A DNA stretch of 64,000 nt from sequence record NC_042116.1, one strand, 5' to 3'. Position 1 is the stretch's first letter, and every line of letters begins with the position of its first letter. The position numbers and the translations under genes were made by a program. Shown in pieces: positions 22,737-32,254 of the stretch. The notes beneath the pieces are model-generated. The model was not told the origin of the DNA and searched no databases. It was given only the letters and a program-made list of their open reading frames with translations.

Positions 22737-23439
22737 AGGGGCTGCAAAAGCCCCTATTTTTAAATGTAGGTTTTGTGATAAAGAATTCAAACGTGAAAGT
22801 ACATTAATAACTCATGTTTGCATTAAACGTGATCGATATAATGATCGTGAATCAAGACCAATGCGTGAAGCATATCGTTTATATATGATGTTTATGGAAG
22901 CTCATAGACTAGCAATGAAAAAGTCAGAAGAACCACTGATGCAATTTATCAAATCTAGATATTTTAATGATTTCTTTGATTTTGGTCAATATATTTTATC
23001 ACATGATATTCTAAATAAAGAACAATTCATTAAGTACATTTTAACTAGTGGGAAACCCGTATTTGAATGGAAATCTCATAAAGTACTTGAAGAATGGGTT
23101 ATAAAATGTATTAGAGAAGAACACCCTCGTAGAGCAATAGAACGTTCTATCAATGCGTTGGTAGAATGGGGTAATGTTACAGATAACGATTGGGTTGATT
23201 TTTTTGATAATGTAAGTACTGAACGAGCAATTATGTGGTTAGAAACAGGTAAAATTTCTCCGTGGTTAATATATATTGCAGATCCAGCTAGTGGAAACAA
23301 ATTGTTAAATCGGTTTGGTGATTCAGATTTAGATTATCTTGTTCGTTTTATTGACCCAACATACTTTAAAATACTTCAAATACGTTATAGTGATGAAGTA
23401 AATGAAATACGAAGTTTATTAACAGAGGCTGGGCTATGA
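22720..23439 (+). CDS. Hypothetical protein with N-terminal C2HC zinc-finger-like motif
   Basis: FKCRFCDKEFKRESTLITHVC; GKISPWLIY motif. Confidence 0.7.
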   Translation: MAKTTKGAAKAPIFKCRFCDKEFKRESTLITHVCIKRDRYNDRESRPMREAYRLYMMFMEAHRLAMKKSEEPLMQFIKSRYFNDFFDFGQYILSHDILNKEQFIKYILTSGKPVFEWKSHKVLEEWVIKCIREEHPRRAIERSINALVEWGNVTDNDWVDFFDNVSTERAIMWLETGKISPWLIYIADPASGNKLLNRFGDSDLDYLVRFIDPTYFKILQIRYSDEVNEIRSLLTEAGL

Positions 23440-23786
23440 AAAGTAAAATATACAGTGAACAAGAATTAACTACAGAAGAATTAGCTAAAAAAGAAGAATT
23501 GAAAGAAGATAGCAAACAACTATCAATTTTAAGACAAGGTTCTGTAACAGAAATTACAATGAGCGGGAAAACGTTTCAGGTTTCCGACCCTAAACGAATT
23601 GAACATGCAATTATAATTTTAGAACGACATGAAGAAGTCCTATTTACGTTAAGGCAACGTATCAAAGAACAAACTCAATCTATTAATATTTTGCTAAATG
23701 AAATTGAGAAATTGAAATCTGATGTTCAGAGATTGAAAGAGGAAAGTAATAATGGATTTGGATCACAAGAGTACACAAACTATTAA
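23436..23786 (+). CDS. Hypothetical coiled-coil protein
   Basis: Heptad-rich C-terminal half; ATGA overlap. Confidence 0.6.
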   Translation: MKSKIYSEQELTTEELAKKEELKEDSKQLSILRQGSVTEITMSGKTFQVSDPKRIEHAIIILERHEEVLFTLRQRIKEQTQSINILLNEIEKLKSDVQRLKEESNNGFGSQEYTNY

Positions 23787-24402
23787 TTATAGAAAGGCAA
23801 GAACTGATATTGACATTGATTTTAAAGATGGAAAATCAGTTATTGAACAACTTCCTTGTACTAGAAGTGTTGAAAAAATCACAGAAGATGGTTTGATTCC
23901 ACACAATAGTGGTATACATTTTGATAATATCCCAACTGACCCAATTTCTGGATTAGCATCTATACCATATAAAGAAGCCGAAAGGTTAGGATATCAAAAA
24001 GTTGATATTTTATCTCAATCGGCTTATGTACATGTGCGTGATAGAAATCATCTTAAAGAATTGATGAATAAAGAACCAGATTGGAATTTATTATTGGTTC
24101 CTGAAATAGTAGATCAATTGTCTCAAATTAAGAAACATATAACTTTGTTGAATATATGGAAACCTAGTAGTATCGATGAATTAGCAATGTTTATTGCAAT
24201 GATACGTCCAGGTAAACGTCAATGTCAAAGTATGAATAGTTGGGACGAAGTTCGGGCTGTTATTTGGGAGTATGATAGTATTGGACTCGATGCAGAAGGT
24301 AAAAAGTTAAGATACTTTAAAAAACCTCATGCATTCGCATATAGTTTGATGATAGTAGTTCAGTTAAATGCATTAGTAGAATATATTATTTCCTCTTCTT
24401 AA
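23752..24402 (+). CDS. DnaE (Pol III alpha)-like fragment carrying the catalytic palm (C-part of split mini-polymerase)
   Basis: RKARTDIDIDF = ERVSMPDFDVDF; HNSGIHF = HAGGVVI; GYQKVDIL = GLVKFDFL; IRPG = FRPG; FKKPHAFAY = FNKSHSAAY. Confidence 0.88.
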   Translation: MDLDHKSTQTINYRKARTDIDIDFKDGKSVIEQLPCTRSVEKITEDGLIPHNSGIHFDNIPTDPISGLASIPYKEAERLGYQKVDILSQSAYVHVRDRNHLKELMNKEPDWNLLLVPEIVDQLSQIKKHITLLNIWKPSSIDELAMFIAMIRPGKRQCQSMNSWDEVRAVIWEYDSIGLDAEGKKLRYFKKPHAFAYSLMIVVQLNALVEYIISSS

Positions 24403-24739
24403 GAGCAATATTTCTACGTTTAATTCGTTTCGTTGGCAGATCACTTAAAGAGATTACTGGACCTGAAATAACTTTCACATGGTCAGTATTAAAACGTTTT
24501 GTATAGTTTTCGAATTTTTCCATTTCCTCTTGCATAAAAAGGCAAATAGGAATAGTTCTATTACTTTGCCACCACCAATTATTGGCTAAAAGTAGCAATT
24601 CTTCTTGTAAGGATTCATCCATCTCATGGAAACAGTACAAAGTTATGTATTGTTTACTTTTGATTTTGATTATCCCATAGTAGATTACATCGTCGTGCTC
24701 TATGACCGTCACGAACGGATAAGTTTTGTGTTCATTCAT
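24386..24739 (-). CDS. Hypothetical protein with basic C-terminus
   Basis: 117-aa ORF, GGA(A)G SD, minus-strand TATAAATA at 24781-24788; WWWQSNR motif. Confidence 0.7.
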   Translation of the reverse strand: MNEHKTYPFVTVIEHDDVIYYGIIKIKSKQYITLYCFHEMDESLQEELLLLANNWWWQSNRTIPICLFMQEEMEKFENYTKRFNTDHVKVISGPVISLSDLPTKRIKRRNIALKKRK

Positions 24740-24747
24740 ATGACTTC

Positions 24748-24788
24748 CATAAATATTGTATAAAATGATAAATTATATATTATTTATA
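24748..24788. promoter_or_regulatory. Back-to-back late-type promoters (CATAAATA + at 24748; TATAAATA - at 24781-24788)
   Basis: Both octamers lie in the short divergent intergenic gap. Confidence 0.5.
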
Positions 24789-24799
24789 GAGGTTAAAAC

Positions 24800-25771
24800 A
24801 TGGCACATTACGGCGTATATATGTATCCTTATAACAATGAAGTTTCTCTTGGCAATTTTAATATGCCTTTCAATAATGAGAAATTAACAATTTATAGAGG
24901 TGCAAACAATCCTATCAGTTTTACAATACATAATGCTGATGGAAAATACACATTGATTAGTGATAATCAATATCTTGTATTCAGCATTTATGATGCTAGA
25001 AATGATACAAGAATATTTGAAGTACTTCTTGAAAAGATTTTACCTTCATGGTTATCAGAAGCTGGTCAAGCAAGACCAACCATTAGCAATAAACAAAAAG
25101 TCTATTATGGATGTATTGTTCCTGCTGGTGTTTTACAAGATTTAAGTGTAGGATCAAAGTATCGTTGGAGTATTACTAAAGTTACCATGAATGGTGATTT
25201 AATAGAACCAACTGAATACTTATACACTGGATTAAATTTTGAGGCAAGTTCTGAATTAATTTTAAGTAACTTAGCATCACCAACATTCACACCTAGTCAA
25301 GAAATTAGTGCAAATAGAAATCCATCTTGGTTACCAATAAAGGACAAAGAACAAAAACCTATAAGTAATGGGATTTTTGGGGATTATGATGTTATGCATT
25401 CTTCAGCATTACGTGCAGAAGCACAATATGGTTTAGTTGACGGTTTAAGTACTGCTGCATTCTATTTTCATAATTTTATTGGAAGGGTACAACTTCAAGG
25501 TTGTTTGTCAAATGAGACTCCAAAAGACGCAGAGGATTATAAATGGTTCATCATTAAATTGGATGGAAAAGAATTTATAGACAATCCTACTGATCCAAAT
25601 GGTATTCCTATTCCAATGGATGGTATTAGAGCATTTAATTTCCACGGTCAACTTATGTGGGTTCGTGTAGTATGTTGTATACCACCAATTATTAAAAATT
25701 ATCCACCGAACATAATCAAAAAAGATTATAATCCGTTGAATACTATTCCAAAAATCTTGATCCGTAGATAA
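24800..25771 (+). CDS. Putative virion structural protein
   Basis: Beta-rich 323 aa, GAGG SD, late-type promoter; no catalytic motif. Confidence 0.5.
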   Translation: MAHYGVYMYPYNNEVSLGNFNMPFNNEKLTIYRGANNPISFTIHNADGKYTLISDNQYLVFSIYDARNDTRIFEVLLEKILPSWLSEAGQARPTISNKQKVYYGCIVPAGVLQDLSVGSKYRWSITKVTMNGDLIEPTEYLYTGLNFEASSELILSNLASPTFTPSQEISANRNPSWLPIKDKEQKPISNGIFGDYDVMHSSALRAEAQYGLVDGLSTAAFYFHNFIGRVQLQGCLSNETPKDAEDYKWFIIKLDGKEFIDNPTDPNGIPIPMDGIRAFNFHGQLMWVRVVCCIPPIIKNYPPNIIKKDYNPLNTIPKILIRR

Positions 25772-25772
25772 A

Positions 25773-25801
25773 TGGAATGAGCTAAAAAAATGTGGTATAA
25801 T
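25773..25801 (+). promoter_or_regulatory. TGRAAY-N17-TATAAT promoter (primase-helicase)
   Basis: tggaat 25773-25778, tataat 25796-25801. Confidence 0.75.
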
Positions 25802-25832
25802 ATTTCAAAAAGACTCACATACAAGGATTTGA

Positions 25833-26879
25833 ATGATGAATCAAGTACAAAATATTATTTCAAACATTATTCATGATCCAGCACCAATAATGGATCGATG
25901 GAATCAACATAATTGCCCTGCTTGTACATCAAGAGGGCAATCAAGACCTGATACTAAAGGGCGAGGAAATCATATGTTTTTGAACGATGGTTCCATTGCC
26001 TATAATTGTTTTAATTGTCATTTAAAAACCGTTTGGTCACCTGGAAAATACTTAAGTAAGGATATGGATTCTTTATTAAGATCTTATGGTGCGTCAGAAA
26101 AAGAAATGGCACAAATAAAATTTATAGTAAAGGAAATGGTTGAAAGTGGAGATTATGAAGTAGAAGAAAGTAGTGTTTCTAAAATATATCAAAAAATAGT
26201 ACGGCGTGAATTACCACAAGGTGCTAGACCATTCTTGGATTGGGTAAATGACCCTGTTATAAACCCTGATTTTTTAAAAGTACTAAATTCTGTTAATAGT
26301 CGTAACCCATACTTATTAGATTTGGATTTATATTGGTGTCCATCGAAAGAATTTTACATGCATCAACGATTTATCATTCCTTATTATATGAATGGTAATA
26401 TTATTGGTTATACTGCTCGGCATATGGACGTAAATAGCGAATATCGTTATCGAAATCAAGTAAGCACGAGCATTTTTTATAACTTTGATTTGTTAAATGA
26501 TGATAGAATAAAAATCATTTTAGTTGCGGAAGGACCAATTGATGCAGCATTGATGGGTGGATTATCTGCAAATAATTATTTCTTATGTGCATCTCAATTA
26601 GAATTGTTACATAAGGCACAAGAACGTGGTAAAAAAATTGTTATAGTTCCAGATAGAGATAAAGATGGTTTAATAACAATTGAGCAAGCAATCGAGCACG
26701 GATTCAGCGTAGCAATGCCTGATTTTGGTGCGGTTCGTGATGAAAATGGAATTCGTCACATTAAAGATTTTGATGAAGCATGTGCTAAATTTGGAAGATT
26801 ATTTTGTTTACAAATGATTCATAATAGCATATATGATGAGAAATTTGATATAAGAGTACAAACTGAAAAATGGATTTGA
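25833..26879 (+). CDS. gp61: DNA primase (Zn-binding domain + TOPRIM; T4 gp61-like)
   Basis: CPAC...CFNC zinc motif; VAEGPIDA and VPDRD TOPRIM motifs; KDFDE. Confidence 0.88.
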   Translation: MMNQVQNIISNIIHDPAPIMDRWNQHNCPACTSRGQSRPDTKGRGNHMFLNDGSIAYNCFNCHLKTVWSPGKYLSKDMDSLLRSYGASEKEMAQIKFIVKEMVESGDYEVEESSVSKIYQKIVRRELPQGARPFLDWVNDPVINPDFLKVLNSVNSRNPYLLDLDLYWCPSKEFYMHQRFIIPYYMNGNIIGYTARHMDVNSEYRYRNQVSTSIFYNFDLLNDDRIKIILVAEGPIDAALMGGLSANNYFLCASQLELLHKAQERGKKIVIVPDRDKDGLITIEQAIEHGFSVAMPDFGAVRDENGIRHIKDFDEACAKFGRLFCLQMIHNSIYDEKFDIRVQTEKWI

Positions 26880-26886
26880 GGTTTAA

Positions 26887-28368
26887 ATGGCAATTAATAC
26901 TAACACGGACGTTAAAAAATATGATATTCAATACCAACTATATTTGCTTTCACAAATTTTTAGTACTCCCGATTTATATGTAAGATGTAAAAATGTTTTA
27001 AAACCTGACTACTTCGATAGAGAATATCATGCTAGTATTCAGTATGTTCATGATTATGCAGCTAAGTATAATATAACTCCAACTTTAAATGATATTAAAC
27101 ATAATTCGGATTTTACATTTAATGAAACTCCAGTTGGTGATTTAAATCAACAAGCAGTACTAGATAGTGTAGGTGAATTTTGTCGGCATAAAGCATTAGC
27201 ACAAGCAATTCAACAAGGAATGGAATTAGTTAATCAAAAACGCTATGGTGGAATTGAAGAATTAATTCGTGAAGCAATGTTGGTGAGTGTACAAAATGAT
27301 TTAGGTTTAGACATTTATGAAGATCCTGAAGAAGTTATAAGTTCATTAGCAACAATGCAAGGGACTTTTAAATCTGGATGGGAAACTCTTGATTATAAAT
27401 TATTTGGTGGTTTTGGTCGCCAAGAATTAGAAATATTTGCTGCTGCATCTGGTGGTGGTAAATCTGTAGTACTTCAAAATTTAGCAGTTAATTTTAGTAA
27501 AGCTGGTTTGAATGGTGCATATATTACATTAGAACTTGCTAAAGAACTTGTTGCAGTTCGTATATATGGTATGTTAGTTAATACTGCACAGATTCGTGTT
27601 AAAGTTGATATTGATGAAACTGCTGCTAAAGTTAAAATTGAAGAAAGAACAAATGGTAAATTACGTGTTCATCGACTTCCTGAATCAGTAACAACCGTTA
27701 ATGATATTGAAAGTTATATTCGTGAATTACAAATTAAAACAGGTATTAAACTAGATTATGTTTGTGTGGATTATCTTGATTTGTTAACATCAGACCGTTG
27801 TGGTCCAAATGATAAATCAAACGCTTTCGTTAAAGATAAATTTGTATCTGAAGAATTACGTGCACTTGCTATGAAAATGGACTTAACGGTGTTCACTGCA
27901 TGTCAGTTTAACCGTAGTGGTGTTGGTGGTGAAGATATAAAAAGTCAAGCACAAATTGCAGGTGGTATTTCGAAAATTTATACCGCAGATAATGTAATTT
28001 ACATCGATGCTCGTAAAGATCGTGGAGAAATGGTATTTGATTTCCAGAAAACACGTAACAGTTCAGCAGTAGGCTCACGTTTAGTTATGTCATATGATGT
28101 AGACTCATTAAGAGTACTTGATCATTATCAAACCATTCAAGAAATGCAAATTAATACTTCATTTAGACATAGTGGTAAGGTTATGGTTGGTAATGGTGAT
28201 CTAATAGCTAACCCTACTATATCTGCACCTAATGCATTGAACAAATTACAAAATACGTTATCAACAGTAAATCAAAAATCTACCATTCAAACATCGACTG
28301 ATATAAATACACCAAAGGCTGATGATAAAGTTTCAAATATACGAAACTTTTTGAATGGTAGGACATAA
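26887..28368 (+). CDS. gp41: Replicative DnaB-like helicase (T4 gp41-like)
   Basis: Walker A AASGGGKS, YITLE, VCVDYLDL, TACQFNR, QKTRN. Confidence 0.95.
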   Translation: MAINTNTDVKKYDIQYQLYLLSQIFSTPDLYVRCKNVLKPDYFDREYHASIQYVHDYAAKYNITPTLNDIKHNSDFTFNETPVGDLNQQAVLDSVGEFCRHKALAQAIQQGMELVNQKRYGGIEELIREAMLVSVQNDLGLDIYEDPEEVISSLATMQGTFKSGWETLDYKLFGGFGRQELEIFAAASGGGKSVVLQNLAVNFSKAGLNGAYITLELAKELVAVRIYGMLVNTAQIRVKVDIDETAAKVKIEERTNGKLRVHRLPESVTTVNDIESYIRELQIKTGIKLDYVCVDYLDLLTSDRCGPNDKSNAFVKDKFVSEELRALAMKMDLTVFTACQFNRSGVGGEDIKSQAQIAGGISKIYTADNVIYIDARKDRGEMVFDFQKTRNSSAVGSRLVMSYDVDSLRVLDHYQTIQEMQINTSFRHSGKVMVGNGDLIANPTISAPNALNKLQNTLSTVNQKSTIQTSTDINTPKADDKVSNIRNFLNGRT

Positions 28369-28370
28369 CT

Positions 28371-28640
28371 ATGGCAAATAAAAAGCACAATCTTCTAGAT
28401 AGTATTGTTAATTATACATCTGATAAAGAAAAATTACAAAGTTTGGGAAATCGTGCAGACCATGCAATCAATTCAGTAATAAACCTACTGGATAGTATAG
28501 ATGAAGATTTTGATCAAGAACACGCTGACGATTTGACAAGGCGTTTGTTTTTAAGTATTAAAAATCGTGACTATCGTAAATTCGAAAAAGGGCTAGAGAA
28601 TTTAGCCCTATCAGACAAACGTAAGAATAAAGGTGATTGA
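28371..28640 (+). CDS. Hypothetical protein
   Basis: 89-aa ORF with AGGA SD. Confidence 0.6.
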   Translation: MANKKHNLLDSIVNYTSDKEKLQSLGNRADHAINSVINLLDSIDEDFDQEHADDLTRRLFLSIKNRDYRKFEKGLENLALSDKRKNKGD

Positions 28641-28641
28641 T

Positions 28642-28806
28642 ATGAAAAATAACAAGATTAATGAAAATGCATCTGCTGGGTCTACAAGTGCTGGATCAAT
28701 TGCAACTGTTTCTGGAGGATTAAATTATCCATTAACAAGTCGGTTACCTCCTACAAATTTCTTTGGCTATAAAGAATATAAACCTAAGAAACATAAAAAG
28801 GATTAA
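28642..28806 (+). CDS. Small 54-aa protein missing from the ORF track (MKNNKINENASAGSTSAGSIATV...KKHKKD)
   Basis: Open frame fills the gap between 28640 and ATG 28808; AAGGTG SD; INE| motif followed by Ala/Ser/Gly-rich segment. Confidence 0.7.
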   Translation: MKNNKINENASAGSTSAGSIATVSGGLNYPLTSRLPPTNFFGYKEYKPKKHKKD

Positions 28807-28807
28807 C

Positions 28808-29206
28808 ATGAATTCCTATACATTTTATACAATTAATACTGTTATCGATATTGGTGATGGTAAAACGCCACCTATTGATAATGGGATATTTACTGGTGCA
28901 ATGAATCTATGTAGATTAGTTGAAAGCGTAATGATATTTGATCGACCTATGATGGTTAGTGTAGTAAGAACTGAAGTTGATTTGAGTAAAAACAACAATT
29001 CTGCATTTTATAATTTACCATCTGCATGGGGAGAATGTGTGGTTAGTACTTTTAAATTTACATTACCTATGGATGTGAACGTAAATTGTAATGGTATTCC
29101 ATTAGTACTACCAACAGAAGTTAATGGAACTAGATTGACTAAATTCAACAGTGTTACTTCAGAAAGAAATATTAGTATTTCAAAGCAAACCTTTTCCCGT
29201 ACATGA
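28808..29206 (+). CDS. Hypothetical, possibly structural protein (start revised to ATG 28808)
   Basis: AAGGA SD before 28808; the upstream track start overlaps the 54-aa ORF. Confidence 0.6.
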   Translation: MNSYTFYTINTVIDIGDGKTPPIDNGIFTGAMNLCRLVESVMIFDRPMMVSVVRTEVDLSKNNNSAFYNLPSAWGECVVSTFKFTLPMDVNVNCNGIPLVLPTEVNGTRLTKFNSVTSERNISISKQTFSRT

Positions 29207-29252
29207 TAAATATCTTCATGTACAGAAAAGGTTTTTCTTTTTGGAGATAAAA

Positions 29253-30167
29253 ATGGATATACAACAAACCGCACAAGAATTACAAAAATTTGCTGATGCG
29301 AATGGATTACAAATGGATGTTAACCAAGCATTAAGCTCTATGGATGCTGGTGATTTTGTAGAAATAAATCAAGCAATGGACAATTCTGATAATAGAACTA
29401 TAATGCAAGTACTTCAAAAGTACAGAGCACGTACTAATGAAAATTATCAATATTTTGATGGTACTACACTTTCAGAATCAGAAGAAATTAATACTATTAA
29501 TGCTATGGGTGTTGATGCATTAATTGAAGCATATCGTGATAATGTTCATGGTGCATTTTATGATTGTTCTCACTTAACATTAAGTGAAATGAGAACTTTA
29601 GTATATGAAGATTTAGCTAGTACGTTAAATTCTAATCAAATTAGTAATAGAAATACATCAACACAACAAACACAAATTAATCCACAGACTCAAGCAAAAT
29701 TGAAACAAGCTGAATTGCAACAAAATGCAAATAATAGTTCTTTCAAAGTTACTGTTCCTGGTGATAGTACTGGAACAAGTCAAGTTGCACCTATAGTTGG
29801 CGTTGATGTTGGACAAACCCCTCAACAAACATTAGTAGTTACTAAAAGTAATGAAAAACCAAATCAAGTGAATGTTTTTGGATTAGATGATGTTCAGCCA
29901 GTACAAGAAGATGATGAACATGATGAAGTAGAATCACAGAGTGTAATGGCACCACCAGCTAAATCTAATAATATTGAACAAGTTGGTTCACCATTTACTC
30001 ATGAAAATCCAGGATTAGGTGAATTGTCACGTGAAATTGGACGAATTGAAGGTGATCAATATGATACTTCTGGTGAAGAAAGTCCAGAAGGTAACGAAGC
30101 TATGAATAATGCTGATGAAATGATTTCTCAGATTTTAGATTTTTGTTCAAGAATGAGAGGTAGATAA
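29253..30167 (+). CDS. Putative internal head / prohead-core protein (start revised to ATG 29253)
   Basis: GGAG SD; GATAAATA at 29205-29212; acidic Q/N-rich with several x-x-E|S/D motifs. Confidence 0.5.
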   Translation: MDIQQTAQELQKFADANGLQMDVNQALSSMDAGDFVEINQAMDNSDNRTIMQVLQKYRARTNENYQYFDGTTLSESEEINTINAMGVDALIEAYRDNVHGAFYDCSHLTLSEMRTLVYEDLASTLNSNQISNRNTSTQQTQINPQTQAKLKQAELQQNANNSSFKVTVPGDSTGTSQVAPIVGVDVGQTPQQTLVVTKSNEKPNQVNVFGLDDVQPVQEDDEHDEVESQSVMAPPAKSNNIEQVGSPFTHENPGLGELSREIGRIEGDQYDTSGEESPEGNEAMNNADEMISQILDFCSRMRGR

Positions 30168-30385
30168 TGAGAGCAGTGGATACAAAAAATGGTTATTCTA
30201 TTATAGTATCTAATGAAGAATATCGCCTTATAAAAAAAGTTGATGCTAATATTAAAGTCCCTATTGAATCTTTATCAGAGTACTATCAAGAATTAGGTGA
30301 AAAATTATTTTCACGTGGTGTATTAAATAAAGAAGAAGATGGGGACACTGAATATTTTTTATCAATTAAAAGGAGTAAGCAATGA
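30167..30385 (+). CDS. Hypothetical protein
   Basis: 72 aa, stop/start overlap with neighbours. Confidence 0.6.
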   Translation: MRAVDTKNGYSIIVSNEEYRLIKKVDANIKVPIESLSEYYQELGEKLFSRGVLNKEEDGDTEYFLSIKRSKQ

Positions 30386-31179
30386 GTGAAGATTTTGGAG
30401 AATGGGAATCTCGGAAACAAGGTATAGATCTTATGAATGATATAATATCTGCATTTGATGATATCGAAGAAGGTCGTCCTGTACAAAAAAAATTACCAGA
30501 TGGAAGTACTTTCATTAATGATTTTAAACAAATAAATCTTGCTGAAACAAAAAACCTTTTATATTCTCTTCAGGAAGTAACTGGAGAGTATGGTAATATT
30601 CATCAGGAAAATTCACAATATTATGACAATGGTGGATATCTAAATGAATCTACTGATTATGATGATATCTATGGATATTATAATCCACAAGAAGGTGAGA
30701 CATATATTCAAGATCCTTCTTATGTAAGAATTCGACCGGTACAACAAAATACACAAAGTTCTCCAGTACAACAAACTAGACAATATGTTCCAGGTCAAAA
30801 CTGGAGTATTATTGAAGAAAGTGTACTTGGTATGAAAAGTGCAAAAGTATATAGTATTAAATGTAATGCTACCAATCAAATTGTGTTAAACAACATTATG
30901 ATGTTTGAATCAGCATTAGCGTTAAAGACAATCTTAAATGAAGGTAAAACTTTAACTGATCCGAAAGTACTTGGTATTATTAGTTCTGGAATTCAATATA
31001 CAAAAGTAGTGACTGAAGCTATTAGTGCTGCAAAAGAACGACAACAAGTTCTTAAAGAATCAAGGTATGATAAGGCTCAAGAATTAGATAATATTATTGC
31101 TGAACATAAACGTAAAGCAACAGAACTAAAAGAACGAGTACTAAACTTCTTAAGAGAAGAAGGATTCATAACTAAATAA
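30382..31179 (+). CDS. Putative prohead-associated protein
   Basis: Late cluster; YLNE|S and LKE|S motifs; helical C-terminus. Confidence 0.5.
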   Translation: MSEDFGEWESRKQGIDLMNDIISAFDDIEEGRPVQKKLPDGSTFINDFKQINLAETKNLLYSLQEVTGEYGNIHQENSQYYDNGGYLNESTDYDDIYGYYNPQEGETYIQDPSYVRIRPVQQNTQSSPVQQTRQYVPGQNWSIIEESVLGMKSAKVYSIKCNATNQIVLNNIMMFESALALKTILNEGKTLTDPKVLGIISSGIQYTKVVTEAISAAKERQQVLKESRYDKAQELDNIIAEHKRKATELKERVLNFLREEGFITK

Positions 31180-31212
31180 GGATAGAAATTTCATTTATAA
31201 GGAAATAACAAA

Positions 31213-31863
31213 ATGACTAAACAATTTTCAAAGATGATGGAATCTGCTAATCGTGTGGAAGCAATGAATTTTATTCAACTTAATGAATCAAACATTGAGA
31301 AAGCTGAAATCGTTCTTGCGGTTAAAGGTGAAATCGTTGATAAGCTACAACGTCAAGCAGAAGTTATTAATAACATGGGTGTTGACGTACTTGGTCCTTT
31401 ACTTGACCGCATCAAGGCTGAACATGGTGTTCCAGCAGCAGATTCATTCCGTAATAATATTAGTGGTCTATTAGATCATGCTGTTAAAACTATTATGGAT
31501 GTAAAAGATAAAATCAGTACTGAAACATTAAAATTAACTGGTGATATTACATCATCTCCTGATGTTGCAGATTTGGGTTCTGAAGTAGTTGATGATGTAT
31601 CAATTGATGTTGATGGGGATAACTTTGATTTTGAATCAGATGCCGATTTAACTGATACCGATCTTGATGCTGATATTATGAGTGAACCAACACCAATGGA
31701 TCGCGAGATGAAAGAATCAGTTAAACCTAAGCGTGTTGGAATTCAATTAGAAAGTATTAAAGGTACTGTAGGTAATAAATATTTTGGATCTAAAATCGAA
31801 ATGAACGAATGGTTAAAAGAAAATGAAACCAAGATTGCTAAGATAATTAAGATTCTTAAATAA
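31213..31863 (+). CDS. Putative prohead core/scaffold-like protein
   Basis: MME|S, QLNE|S motifs; helical N-half and Asp-rich linker. Confidence 0.5.
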   Translation: MTKQFSKMMESANRVEAMNFIQLNESNIEKAEIVLAVKGEIVDKLQRQAEVINNMGVDVLGPLLDRIKAEHGVPAADSFRNNISGLLDHAVKTIMDVKDKISTETLKLTGDITSSPDVADLGSEVVDDVSIDVDGDNFDFESDADLTDTDLDADIMSEPTPMDREMKESVKPKRVGIQLESIKGTVGNKYFGSKIEMNEWLKENETKIAKIIKILK

Positions 31864-31878
31864 TTGAGGTATTAATAT

Positions 31879-32214
31879 ATGAGGTTCAATCAGATAACCG
31901 AAGATGCACCTGGTAAAGATATACGGAATATGATTAGTACTATTGCATTATCATTAATTGCAACAGGTAGAGAACAAATTAGTATACAATCATTGATTAA
32001 TGAAATAAAAAAGCGTACTAATATTGATGTTCCATATAATGTAATGATGGATATTCTTAATGAACTTCCATTTGTACAAGATGCAAATTCTGATATGGTA
32101 AACTTACAAGGTACTGATACTTCACCTGATGGTGATAGTATTGAATCACCTGAAGAACAAGTAACTGATATGGCAACAAAAGCAGCATCTGCAAATTTAA
32201 AACAAGATATTTGA
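31879..32214 (+). CDS. Hypothetical virion-associated protein
   Basis: MRFNQITE| N-terminus like 48106 (MKYNQLNE|). Confidence 0.55.
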   Translation: MRFNQITEDAPGKDIRNMISTIALSLIATGREQISIQSLINEIKKRTNIDVPYNVMMDILNELPFVQDANSDMVNLQGTDTSPDGDSIESPEEQVTDMATKAASANLKQDI

Positions 32215-32240
32215 AACAAACGAAAAACATGTGCTATAAT
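32212..32240 (+). promoter_or_regulatory. TGRAAY-N17-TATAAT promoter
   Basis: tgaaac 32212-32217, spacer ending tgc, tataat 32235-32240. Confidence 0.75.
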
Positions 32241-32254
32241 ATAGGAGTACAAGG

